Below the pieces are notes generated by a model. It searched no databases and was not told where the DNA came from. It was given only the letters and a program-made list of their open reading frames with translations. Made by a program: the position numbers and the translations under genes. From the IMG/VR virus record IMGVR_UViG_3300040811_001959: a stretch of DNA of 64,000 nt; one strand, 5' to 3'. The DNA is from a virus (lineage: Duplodnaviria; Caudoviricetes). This document shows positions 28,343 through 37,185 of this stretch, piece after piece (the stretch's first letter is position 1; the number at the start of each line of letters is the position of its first letter).

Positions 28343-29902
28343 ATGGCGTATATTATCAATACATATAACAACGCACAATTAGCAATTGTGCAGGATGGAA
28401 CAATAGATCAAACTACTGATTTAAAATTGGTAGGAAAAAATTATGCAGGGTATGGAGAAATACAAAATGAAAATTTTGTTTTTTTATTAGAAAATTTTGC
28501 CGGCTTGACTGAACCACCGAAGGCAATTGTAGGGCAAATTTGGTTTGATACTGCAAATAGTAAATTAAAATTTTATGATGGATTTCAATGGAGGATTGCA
28601 GGCGGTGCATTTACTTCTGATGAACAACCTGCTGGATTAAGTATAGGAGATTTTTGGTGGGATACAAACAATGAACAATTATATGCATATAATGGAACTG
28701 AATGGATATTAATAGGACCTCAAGGTATTGGCGAAGGAGTAACGCAATTTCAAAGTAGAGAAATTAAAGATAGTGTAAGTCCATTTCCATTACGACCTGT
28801 TATAGTAAGTATTGTCGATGATGAAATTATACATATAATAAGTTCTATAGATTTTACTATTCATCCTGACGAACAAACAAATTATCCTGGTTTTGATAAA
28901 ATCCATCAAGGATTAACATTAAAAAATACGATTAATTCAACAAATGGAGTTACAAGCACTCAGCATAGATGGTGGGGAACAGCTTCAAACTCGGATAGAT
29001 TAGATGGATTAACGGCAGATAAATTTATACAAATAGCAGATCCAAGTTTTGATTTTGAAGTAAGTTTTGCCGATGCTGGTATAAAGATTGGCAATGATAA
29101 CGATTTACGGATTAGGATTGTAAATGATAATGTAGCTAATTTTGCAAATGAACAAGGCACAGAAATGATTTTCCAGGTGCTAGATGAAAATTTACAAATT
29201 GCAATGCCACTTAGATTTAAAGCTGATGCTGTTTTACCTGGATATGTAAGTAATTATACGAACCCAAATATTTTTTCTGGAACAAGGAATGTAGATATTG
29301 GAGCAGACTCTAATAAATTTATCAATGTCTATGCAAATAATTTTCGAGGTGTTGCTGACAGTGCTGATTTATTAAAAGGAAGATATATAGATTCTAATAG
29401 TGATCCTGCAACAGAGTATATGGAAGCTAATGTGAGTCATGTTGCAAATACTAGAACCATTGTAGTAAGAGATCATACAGGAACTATCCAAGGTACATTG
29501 TTTGATGGAACTGCTACAGCGGCACAATATGCAGATTTAGCTGAAAATTATGCATCAGATAAAGATTATGAACCTGGAACAGTGCTTGTAATAGGAGGAA
29601 CCGCAGAAGTAACAGAATCTGCTGAATATTGTAGCACAAAGGTTGCAGGCGTTGTATCTACAAATCCTGCTTATCTAATGAATAAAGAATGTGCAGGTGT
29701 AGCAGTTGCTTTAAAAGGCAGGGTTCCTTGTAAAGTAGTTGGAAAAACGAAAAAAGGAGATTTTTTAATTACATCACACATTGTTGGAGTTGCAACGGCT
29801 GCTGATACAATGTCTGCAATGCCTCATTCGGCTTGTATAATAGGAAAATCACTAGAGGAAAAAAATTCAGACGAGATTGGGATTATTGAAATTTTTATAT
29901 AA
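28343..29902 (+). CDS. Tail fibre protein, paralog 3, with C-terminal intramolecular-chaperone (peptidase G2-like) domain
   Basis: Shared N-terminus (LVGKNYAGYGEIQNENFVFLLENFA...GQIWFD). C-terminal YADLAENY...PGTVLVIGG...VAGVVSTNPAYLMN...VALKGRVPCKV...KGDFLITS...IIGKSLE pattern. Confidence 0.72.
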   Translation: MAYIINTYNNAQLAIVQDGTIDQTTDLKLVGKNYAGYGEIQNENFVFLLENFAGLTEPPKAIVGQIWFDTANSKLKFYDGFQWRIAGGAFTSDEQPAGLSIGDFWWDTNNEQLYAYNGTEWILIGPQGIGEGVTQFQSREIKDSVSPFPLRPVIVSIVDDEIIHIISSIDFTIHPDEQTNYPGFDKIHQGLTLKNTINSTNGVTSTQHRWWGTASNSDRLDGLTADKFIQIADPSFDFEVSFADAGIKIGNDNDLRIRIVNDNVANFANEQGTEMIFQVLDENLQIAMPLRFKADAVLPGYVSNYTNPNIFSGTRNVDIGADSNKFINVYANNFRGVADSADLLKGRYIDSNSDPATEYMEANVSHVANTRTIVVRDHTGTIQGTLFDGTATAAQYADLAENYASDKDYEPGTVLVIGGTAEVTESAEYCSTKVAGVVSTNPAYLMNKECAGVAVALKGRVPCKVVGKTKKGDFLITSHIVGVATAADTMSAMPHSACIIGKSLEEKNSDEIGIIEIFI

Positions 29903-29905
29903 ATA
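29898..29905 (+). promoter_or_regulatory. T4-type late promoter consensus TATAAATA
   Basis: Exact TATAAATA overlapping the fibre-3 stop, followed by AGGAG (29917-29921) 8 nt before ATG 29930. Confidence 0.6.
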
Positions 29906-29929
29906 ACACATAATATAGGAGTTTTTTTG

Positions 29930-30859
29930 ATGGTCACACTTTCAACAGGAGTTTCATCAGGAGGATCAATTGATGCAGCTAATTATAACTTATTACAAAC
30001 TGAAGTAGCACAAATTTTAGGAACTGGGTCAGGCGATAAAGGGTATGGACAAGCATTAAGTAGCAGTCAAGTCACAGCAAATGATATTGTTCAAGGTGTA
30101 GACGGAGACTTAGTTACAGCAGCACAAATGGATTACTTGCGATCTGATATTGAAAAATGTTGGAAGCATCAAGTTTCGACGGGATTTGCATTAGGTGATA
30201 TATCTCCTGGAGATTGGATCACGGCTGGGTCAGCAAGTACAAGTGGCGCATATAATCAATATTTTTCGTATGTGACCAGTATTGTTAATAACAGATTATT
30301 GTTAGCAACTGGACAGTATACTGATACTTTACAGCAGAATAATTCTGTTCCTATTAACTGGACATCGCAGAGATCTGCAGAATATACAGTAGATTTTGGA
30401 ACTGCAGAAGCAATGCGATTCTTTTTTAACTCAGGCGGTCAAATTCAGTTTACATGGTCAACAGGTAATTCAGGAACAGGGGCATCTGCTAGTAAAAATA
30501 TAAGTTGGGCAAATTTCTTAAACACGGTTCCATACACGTCTACCTATGCAACATATACAAATTATACTTCTAGTTGGGTAGCAAAAATAAACACTGGAGT
30601 AGGTGGTTCAGGGGTTTACGCTGAAAATAAAGCAATTCTATATGTAAGACTTATAGATAGTAATACAACCATTGCTTATCAATGGGTTTTACAAGATCTT
30701 GATACAGGCGACGATACTACGCCAAATGACGGTTGGAATTATAAAACTGATGAACCAGTTACATTGCCTATTAATTGTAGACTAACAACTAGAACTGCAA
30801 CTGGAAGTTATGTATCACGAACTGCACCAACTGCATCCAATACTTCTCCATGGTCTTAA
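29930..30859 (+). CDS. Ser/Thr/Gly-rich putative virion protein
   Basis: About a quarter Ser+Thr by hand count. ATG 29930 is preferred over TTG 29927 because of AGGAG spacing. Follows the fibres and a late promoter. Confidence 0.55.
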   Translation: MVTLSTGVSSGGSIDAANYNLLQTEVAQILGTGSGDKGYGQALSSSQVTANDIVQGVDGDLVTAAQMDYLRSDIEKCWKHQVSTGFALGDISPGDWITAGSASTSGAYNQYFSYVTSIVNNRLLLATGQYTDTLQQNNSVPINWTSQRSAEYTVDFGTAEAMRFFFNSGGQIQFTWSTGNSGTGASASKNISWANFLNTVPYTSTYATYTNYTSSWVAKINTGVGGSGVYAENKAILYVRLIDSNTTIAYQWVLQDLDTGDDTTPNDGWNYKTDEPVTLPINCRLTTRTATGSYVSRTAPTASNTSPWS

Positions 30860-31207
30860 GTGGATGATAAATTACAAAAAGCATTAGAATTTTCTAATTA
30901 TCTAATTACATTTAACGAACAAAAAACTGTATTACAAGAACATTTTAAAGATAATATAGTTTACTACTATAATGGCGCTAAGTTTACTATTACATTAGAA
31001 TTGTTGAGTTATTGCAAATCTTGTGTTGATAGTAATAGGCATAGTGAAATTTTAGTTGATGATAATTGTATACCTTTTAAAATTGATATTGCACCATTTT
31101 ATTTTTCTATTTTAAATTTGTATAATGATTCAAAAGAAAAGTATTTTGAAGAATATTCAAAGTTGATTAAATCACGAACAGTAAAAACTATTGTAGACTA
31201 TGAGTAA
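30860..31207 (+). CDS. Hypothetical protein, possibly fibre-assembly chaperone-like
   Basis: GTG start immediately after the upstream TAA; overlaps the next gene. ILVDDNCIPFKID loosely resembles fibre-chaperone (DUF4376-type) motifs. Confidence 0.4.
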   Translation: MDDKLQKALEFSNYLITFNEQKTVLQEHFKDNIVYYYNGAKFTITLELLSYCKSCVDSNRHSEILVDDNCIPFKIDIAPFYFSILNLYNDSKEKYFEEYSKLIKSRTVKTIVDYE

Positions 31208-32030
31208 AGGCATTTTACTCTTTGCTTTCAATAATAAAATTGATTATATAAAACAGGCATGTTTTTTTGCAATAACAGCAAAAGAATTTTTAAACTTACC
31301 TGTGAGCGTTGTAACTGATGATATTTCATATGCATCTAAGTTTGAAAAATATTTTGATAAAATAGTTCTTTTTGACAATCTAAAAGAAACTAATTATAAA
31401 GTTTATTTTAATGGTACAAGTTCTGAAAAATTAAATTTTAAAAATTCGGCTAGATGCCATTCATATGATTTAACTCCTTATAATGAAACTTTAGTAATAG
31501 ATACTGATGTATTATTAGGCAATAAGATTTTCCGCGAATGTTATAATTCAATTGGTGATTTTTTAATTTATGATATTGCTTATTTTTTAAATGATATTAA
31601 AGGCGCTGAAATAGAATATTGTAATGATGTAGGAATAAAGTTTTATTGGGCTACGGCATTTTTCTTTAGGAAAACTATAGAAAATAAAATATTTTTTGAT
31701 TTACTAAAGCATATTCAAGATAATTGGAATCATTACAGATTTAATTATAAAATAGATCAAACATATTTTAGGAATGATTATGCATTTAGTATTGCAATTC
31801 ATATTATGAATGGTTTTGGTATAGGAAATTTTGCTAATCCTATGCCTGGAAAACTTTATTTTTTATCAGATAGAGAATATATTGTTGATTATAACAAAAA
31901 TAGTTTTTTATTTTTATTACAAGATAAATTGACAGAACAATATTTTTTAAGTAGAACGAAAAATTTTAATGTACATGTATTAAATAAATTCAGTTTAGAT
32001 AAAATTGTAAATAAAAATATCAATGAATAA
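31200..32030 (+). CDS. GT-A fold glycosyltransferase-like protein (GT8-like)
   Basis: GILLFAFN..DY.....LNLPVSVVTD start; PYNETLVIDTDV DxD motif after a hydrophobic strand; RNDYAFSIA. Confidence 0.65.
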   Translation: MSKGILLFAFNNKIDYIKQACFFAITAKEFLNLPVSVVTDDISYASKFEKYFDKIVLFDNLKETNYKVYFNGTSSEKLNFKNSARCHSYDLTPYNETLVIDTDVLLGNKIFRECYNSIGDFLIYDIAYFLNDIKGAEIEYCNDVGIKFYWATAFFFRKTIENKIFFDLLKHIQDNWNHYRFNYKIDQTYFRNDYAFSIAIHIMNGFGIGNFANPMPGKLYFLSDREYIVDYNKNSFLFLLQDKLTEQYFLSRTKNFNVHVLNKFSLDKIVNKNINE

Positions 32031-32832
32031 TGGTTTTTTAATTTATGCATCAGGTATTGACTACATAAAACAAGCCTATCTGTGTGGACTAAGTATAAAA
32101 AAATGTAATAATTATCCAATTTCTCTTGTTACAACAGATGATACTTATATTACAGAAAAAATTAAAAATTTTTTTGATAAAATTATTATTGTTCTACCGG
32201 ATTTAAATCATCGTTATCATATCAGTAATAGGTCGTCTTTGTATTTTTTATCTCCATATGAAAATACAATTGTTTTTGATAGTGATACAATTATATTAGA
32301 AAATTTTGATAAAAAATGGCAAGAATTATATGATCAAAATTTCATATACTATCCTACAGATGCATTTACGTATAGAAATGTCAAGGTAACAAATGATTTT
32401 TATAGGAAAGCATTTGTTGATAATAATTTGCCTAATATTTACACAGGTTGTTATTTTTTTAAAAAATGTAATGAAAGCGATAAATTTTATAGCTTATTAA
32501 AAATAGTTGCAGATAATTGGCCTGAATTTTACAAAATATATTTAGGCAAGGATAAATTAAATTTACCTAGTATGGATATTTTGACAGCTATTACAGATAA
32601 AATGTTAAAAGTAAATAGTATTAAACAAAAATCTTTTTTTAAATTTATTCATATGAAAAATAGAATTCAAGACTGGAAAATTAATGCAAATTCATGGTTA
32701 GATACAATTCCTTATTATATTAATGATGATAGTGAATTATTTGTCGGAAACCATAAACAGAGTGGAGTATTTCATTATGTTATTAATGATTTTTGTAACG
32801 ATTTTATAATTGATACATTTGAAAAATTATGA
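32023..32832 (+). CDS. GT-A fold glycosyltransferase-like protein, paralog of the upstream gene
   Basis: GFLIYASG.DY....YPISLVTTD; SPYENTIVFDSDT DxD motif; SMDILTAI aligns with the paralog's NDYAFSIA. Confidence 0.65.
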   Translation: MNNGFLIYASGIDYIKQAYLCGLSIKKCNNYPISLVTTDDTYITEKIKNFFDKIIIVLPDLNHRYHISNRSSLYFLSPYENTIVFDSDTIILENFDKKWQELYDQNFIYYPTDAFTYRNVKVTNDFYRKAFVDNNLPNIYTGCYFFKKCNESDKFYSLLKIVADNWPEFYKIYLGKDKLNLPSMDILTAITDKMLKVNSIKQKSFFKFIHMKNRIQDWKINANSWLDTIPYYINDDSELFVGNHKQSGVFHYVINDFCNDFIIDTFEKL

Positions 32833-33359
32833 ACTTTTACGTTTCTTATTTTGCAGATTCAAAAGAAGTCTGGCAATTTAGCAATGTACAGCCAGATAGT
32901 GATGATTTTATTGTAATTAATAAAATAGAAGATTTAGGAGGATTAGACGTAAGGAAAGATTGTATAACAAATTACAAAGTTAATTATGATAGTTTATTTG
33001 ACAAATATTATATAACAAGTAAAGTAGATGTAAGTAAAAATACTAGTTTTATAGAAATTAAAGAATTTGTGTATGCAGATATATTTATTGTTCAAGATTT
33101 TAAATCAAATAAATGGAAATTTATTTTATCAGATCAATGCCAAATAGATGATAATCCTGAAAAATTATATTTTTCAATATGTCAAAATAATAATCCTAAT
33201 ATTTTAATTAGATTAATTGAAATTAATTTTGATACTTTATATTATAGTAAAGAAATATTATTTCCTTTTCAGTATGAAATTGAAAATGATAAGGAAAAAA
33301 TAAGTATTTTTACGCACTATACTTCAATTAACTATTCTTATAAAAAAAATTATGAATAA
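32829..33359 (+). CDS. Hypothetical protein
   Basis: 176 aa, ATGA overlap with the upstream gene and 8-nt overlap with the downstream gene; no recognisable motif. Confidence 0.55.
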   Translation: MNFYVSYFADSKEVWQFSNVQPDSDDFIVINKIEDLGGLDVRKDCITNYKVNYDSLFDKYYITSKVDVSKNTSFIEIKEFVYADIFIVQDFKSNKWKFILSDQCQIDDNPEKLYFSICQNNNPNILIRLIEINFDTLYYSKEILFPFQYEIENDKEKISIFTHYTSINYSYKKNYE

Positions 33360-35898
33360 TATATTTAAAATTGCAGAACATGATGTAATTTTTTTGTCTT
33401 ATGACGAACCAAATGCTGAAAAGAACTATGCAGATTTATTAACAAAAATACCCTGGGCTAAACGAATACACGGGGTACATGGTTCAGATTCTGCACATAA
33501 AGAATGTGCAAAGATAAGTGAAACAGAAAGATTAATAGTTATAGACGGTGATAATATTGTTGATAGTAATTTTGTAAACGAGGAAATAAAATTTAAAAAA
33601 AATGTTGATATAACAAAAAATGTAATCAGTTGGCCAGGTAGGAATATTATCAATGGGTTAATATATGGTAATGGTGGTATAAAATGTTGGCATAAGCAAA
33701 CTTTACTAGATATAAAGACGCATGAAAATGCCGATCCAGATAACATACATGCACAGGTTGATTTTTGTTGGGATATAGAATATATTACAATGCAAAAGTC
33801 TATGAGTGTTGTAGAAAATAACTTTACACCTCAACAAGCATGGCGAGCTGGCTTTAGAGAAGGTGTGAAAATGTGTTTATTAGAAGGTGTTAAACCGTCT
33901 ATAGAAGAATTTAATAAAATACATTGGAAAAATTTGCATAGATTATACATATGGTGTATGACAGGACAAGATGTAAAAAATGGAATATATGCTATATTAG
34001 GCGCTAGGCAAGGTTTGTACAAGACTATGTGTACCGATTGGAATTTTATAAATGTTAGAGATTTTGCTTATTTAAATTCTTTATGGAATGACGAATTAGC
34101 AGGTATAGATGAAGATAGTGCTGTTGATCTCGCACAACAGGTCGGAGATAAAATTAAACAGCATTTAGATATACCTATTTCTAGCTTGCCATTAAGCGTA
34201 GATCAAAGCAAATTTTATAAAACTACATTTACAAATAGCGTTAGACCAAAGCATCCTTCGTTAGCTACTGATAAAGAAACAGCAAGTTATGATATTGTAA
34301 TGATAACATATAATGAATTAAATGGTACAGAAAATTACAATAGATTAAAAGACAGATTTACAAATGTAAAAAGGATTCATAAAGTAAAAGGAATACATCA
34401 AGCTCATATAGCAGCCGCAGAGATATGCGAGACTGATATGATGTGGGTAGTAGATGGTGATGCAGAAATTGTAGAAGATTTTTGTTTTGATTATATAGTT
34501 CCTGATAATGAAAAACAATTTGTACATGTTTGGCGCAGTCGAAATCCTATAAATGATCTAGAATATGGGTATGGTGGAGTAAAATTGTTACCTACAGATA
34601 TGACACGTAATATGGATTTATCAAAACCCGATATGACTACAAGCATAAGTAGACATTTTAAGAAAATGAATGAAGTAAGTAATTACACTAGATTTAATAC
34701 AGATGAATTTACTACCTGGCGTAGTGCGTTTAGAGAGTGTTGTAAGTTAGCAAGTGCAGTAATTGATAGACAAAAGCAAAAAGAAACAGATGAAAGATTA
34801 GAACGTTGGTGCAGTGATTATGGAAAAGATAGACCATTTGGAGAAGATGCAATCAAAGGCGCTAATCAAGGTAAAGAATATGGCATTAAAAATTGTGGAG
34901 ATATTGAAGAATTATCAAAAATAAATGATTTTGATTGGTTAAAAATTAAATTTCAAGAATTTAACAATGTAAAAGTAGATAGTATAAATGTTCCTAAAGA
35001 AGTAAATAAAAATATTGAATTTTTACATGGTTTACACGAGTATTGTTTATATAAATCTGAAAAAAAAGTTGCAGAAAATATAGATTATGTTTTAAATATT
35101 GCTTATTCTAATGATCCAGTTAGAGCTATTATAAATTATTTTTTGCCTAAAGCAATGTATAATTCTTTAGAGCAAGGAACGTTAATTGATGATTTAATTT
35201 TATACTGTTTGACTAATAATGATGGAAAAAACACTAGATATTTTAGATTTGTGAGAGATTTTGTAAAAAAAGGAAAAAATTTAAAAATTTTGTCTGATGC
35301 ATTTAGTCGTAGTCAAATGCGTAGTAAAATTTGGTTAGTTGACGAATTATCTAAAATTAATAAAAATTTTGATAACATAGTTTTATTAGCAGGATGGTAT
35401 GGTCAGTTAATTGATTTATTTGGAAATCAAAGTATAAATGAAATTACTTTTGCAAAATTTAGAAATATAGAACTTGACAAAGATTGTTGTTTAGAAAGTG
35501 ATTACAATTTTAATTTACGTAGATTAGAGGGTCATAAAGTTAAAGCAATAAATGTAGATATTAATAATCTTACCCTACATGAAAATGGTTATGAATGGGA
35601 AATTGAAAATTTTAAAACTGAAGAAAAATATTTAGAGAAATTTTTACCAGATTTAATAATTAACACAAGCTCAGAACATATGACAACAGAATGGTTCAAT
35701 CAAATACGTTTTAAAAAATGGACAAAAAAACCTCTGGTTGTTATCCAAAATAATAATTTTTTCGGAATACCTGAACATGTAAACTGTGTACATAGTATTG
35801 ATCATATGAAAAAAGTATTTCCTATGGAAAAAATATTATTCGAAGGAGAATTACAACTTAAAGGATATAAACGTGTTATGTTAATAGGGTATGCATGA
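33352..35898 (+). CDS. Fusion: two tandem GT-A (GT2-like) domains plus a C-terminal SAM-dependent methyltransferase-like domain
   Basis: Repeat 1 DVIFLSYDEPNA..RIHGVHG...LIVIDGD...AWRAGFREGVK. Repeat 2 DIVMITYNELNG..RIHKVKG...MWVVDGD...TWRSAFRECCK. C-terminal IVLLAGWYG...IELD...VDIN...DLIINTSSEH Rossmann pattern. Confidence 0.7.
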   Translation: MNNIFKIAEHDVIFLSYDEPNAEKNYADLLTKIPWAKRIHGVHGSDSAHKECAKISETERLIVIDGDNIVDSNFVNEEIKFKKNVDITKNVISWPGRNIINGLIYGNGGIKCWHKQTLLDIKTHENADPDNIHAQVDFCWDIEYITMQKSMSVVENNFTPQQAWRAGFREGVKMCLLEGVKPSIEEFNKIHWKNLHRLYIWCMTGQDVKNGIYAILGARQGLYKTMCTDWNFINVRDFAYLNSLWNDELAGIDEDSAVDLAQQVGDKIKQHLDIPISSLPLSVDQSKFYKTTFTNSVRPKHPSLATDKETASYDIVMITYNELNGTENYNRLKDRFTNVKRIHKVKGIHQAHIAAAEICETDMMWVVDGDAEIVEDFCFDYIVPDNEKQFVHVWRSRNPINDLEYGYGGVKLLPTDMTRNMDLSKPDMTTSISRHFKKMNEVSNYTRFNTDEFTTWRSAFRECCKLASAVIDRQKQKETDERLERWCSDYGKDRPFGEDAIKGANQGKEYGIKNCGDIEELSKINDFDWLKIKFQEFNNVKVDSINVPKEVNKNIEFLHGLHEYCLYKSEKKVAENIDYVLNIAYSNDPVRAIINYFLPKAMYNSLEQGTLIDDLILYCLTNNDGKNTRYFRFVRDFVKKGKNLKILSDAFSRSQMRSKIWLVDELSKINKNFDNIVLLAGWYGQLIDLFGNQSINEITFAKFRNIELDKDCCLESDYNFNLRRLEGHKVKAINVDINNLTLHENGYEWEIENFKTEEKYLEKFLPDLIINTSSEHMTTEWFNQIRFKKWTKKPLVVIQNNNFFGIPEHVNCVHSIDHMKKVFPMEKILFEGELQLKGYKRVMLIGYA

Positions 35899-36122
35899 AT
35901 TTAGAAAATTTTAGTCTAAGAAAGCTACAAAAAGAAAGTTCTCGTGCGTTAGCTACAATAGAAGCAACAAATAATAATATATACCAATTTAATAAGAATG
36001 CACATCACGATAGTCAAAATTGGTATAAAACTGTAATTAAATGGTATGTAAAAGAATATGGAGGATTACCCAGTGAAGTAGGTCCTGGAAAAGAGATCAA
36101 GCTTTTAACAGAAAATGTATAA
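35895..36122 (+). CDS. Small hypothetical protein (75 aa)
   Basis: ATGA overlap upstream and 8-nt overlap with the radical SAM gene; fills the gap exactly. Confidence 0.6.
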   Translation: MNLENFSLRKLQKESSRALATIEATNNNIYQFNKNAHHDSQNWYKTVIKWYVKEYGGLPSEVGPGKEIKLLTENV

Positions 36123-37182
36123 TTACAAAGATATAAAAACAATTCATTTAGAAATAACACAAAATTGTCAAGCTTCATGTCCTATGTGTGATAGGAATCA
36201 AAACGGCGGTGCATTAAATCCTCACATAAACTTAGATGAATTAACAATTAATGATGTAAAAAATATATTCACACCGGATTTTATTTCTCAATTATCTACA
36301 ATGTATATGTGCGGTAATTTAGGCGATCCTATTGTTGCTCGTGATACATTAGAGGTTTTTGAATATTTTAGGAGTAATAATCCTAAAATGTGGTTAAGTA
36401 TGAACACAAATGCAGGAGCTAGAGATGAGAATTGGTGGCAAGAGCTTGCTAAAATTTATGGCAGGATGGGAGCTGTTATTTTTAGTGTAGACGGCCTACA
36501 GGATACTAATCATATTTATAGGCAAGGTGTAGTTTGGGAAAATGTAGAACGGTCTATGCGTAGCTTTACAAGTGCAGGAGGAAGAGGACGTTGGGACTTT
36601 TTAATTTTTGATCATAACCAACATCAAGTAGAAGAAGCGGAGCGTTTAAGTAAAGAATGGGGTTTTGAAAAATTTATTAAGAAAAAAACTGGAAGATTTG
36701 TAACCGCAAATGTTGAAGCAAAGGAAACACATCAAGCAGTAAATAAAAAAGGTAAAAAAACTGCCGAACTTGCAAAACCCAAAGACGAATTTCAAAATAC
36801 TGCTGTAAAAAAGTTGCCTACAATATTAGAAAAGTATGGAAGTATGGACAGCTATTATGATGTTGTTCCGATAAATTGTAAAGTAAAAAATGAAGGCAGT
36901 TTATTTATAACAGCAGAAGGTTTAGCTCTACCTTGTTGTTGGACAGCTGGCCGGATGTATAAATGGTGGCATGAAGATCCTAAAACAGAACAGATTTGGC
37001 ATTTTATTAAAGATAAATCGTTAATTGATGCAAAAAAAGGCCTGAAAAAAGTTTTTGAATCAAGTGTTTTTAAAGATATCGAAAATAGTTGGAGTAAAAA
37101 AAATTGCAAAGAAGGAAAATTAAAAGTTTGTGCAATTAAATGCGGAAAAGAATTTGATCCTTTTACTGCTCAATTTAAATAG
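36115..37182 (+). CDS. Radical SAM protein with C-terminal twitch/SPASM-like Cys region
   Basis: HLEITQNCQASCPMC (CxxxCxxC), MCGNLGDP, FSVDGL; C-terminal PINCK...FITAEGLALPCCW...VCAIKCG. Confidence 0.88.
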   Translation: MYNYKDIKTIHLEITQNCQASCPMCDRNQNGGALNPHINLDELTINDVKNIFTPDFISQLSTMYMCGNLGDPIVARDTLEVFEYFRSNNPKMWLSMNTNAGARDENWWQELAKIYGRMGAVIFSVDGLQDTNHIYRQGVVWENVERSMRSFTSAGGRGRWDFLIFDHNQHQVEEAERLSKEWGFEKFIKKKTGRFVTANVEAKETHQAVNKKGKKTAELAKPKDEFQNTAVKKLPTILEKYGSMDSYYDVVPINCKVKNEGSLFITAEGLALPCCWTAGRMYKWWHEDPKTEQIWHFIKDKSLIDAKKGLKKVFESSVFKDIENSWSKKNCKEGKLKVCAIKCGKEFDPFTAQFK

Positions 37183-37185
37183 TAT

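Noticed and set aside
1-30859. Tailocin, eCIS or T6SS locus in a bacterial chromosome
   Set aside because: gp5/gp25/gp6 are shared with these systems. However, the giant wedge, multiple fibres, T4-type late promoter motifs, wall-to-wall overlapping genes and absence of housekeeping, Afp ATPase or Tss genes fit a large myophage better. Capsid genes are not in the window, so this is not formally excluded.
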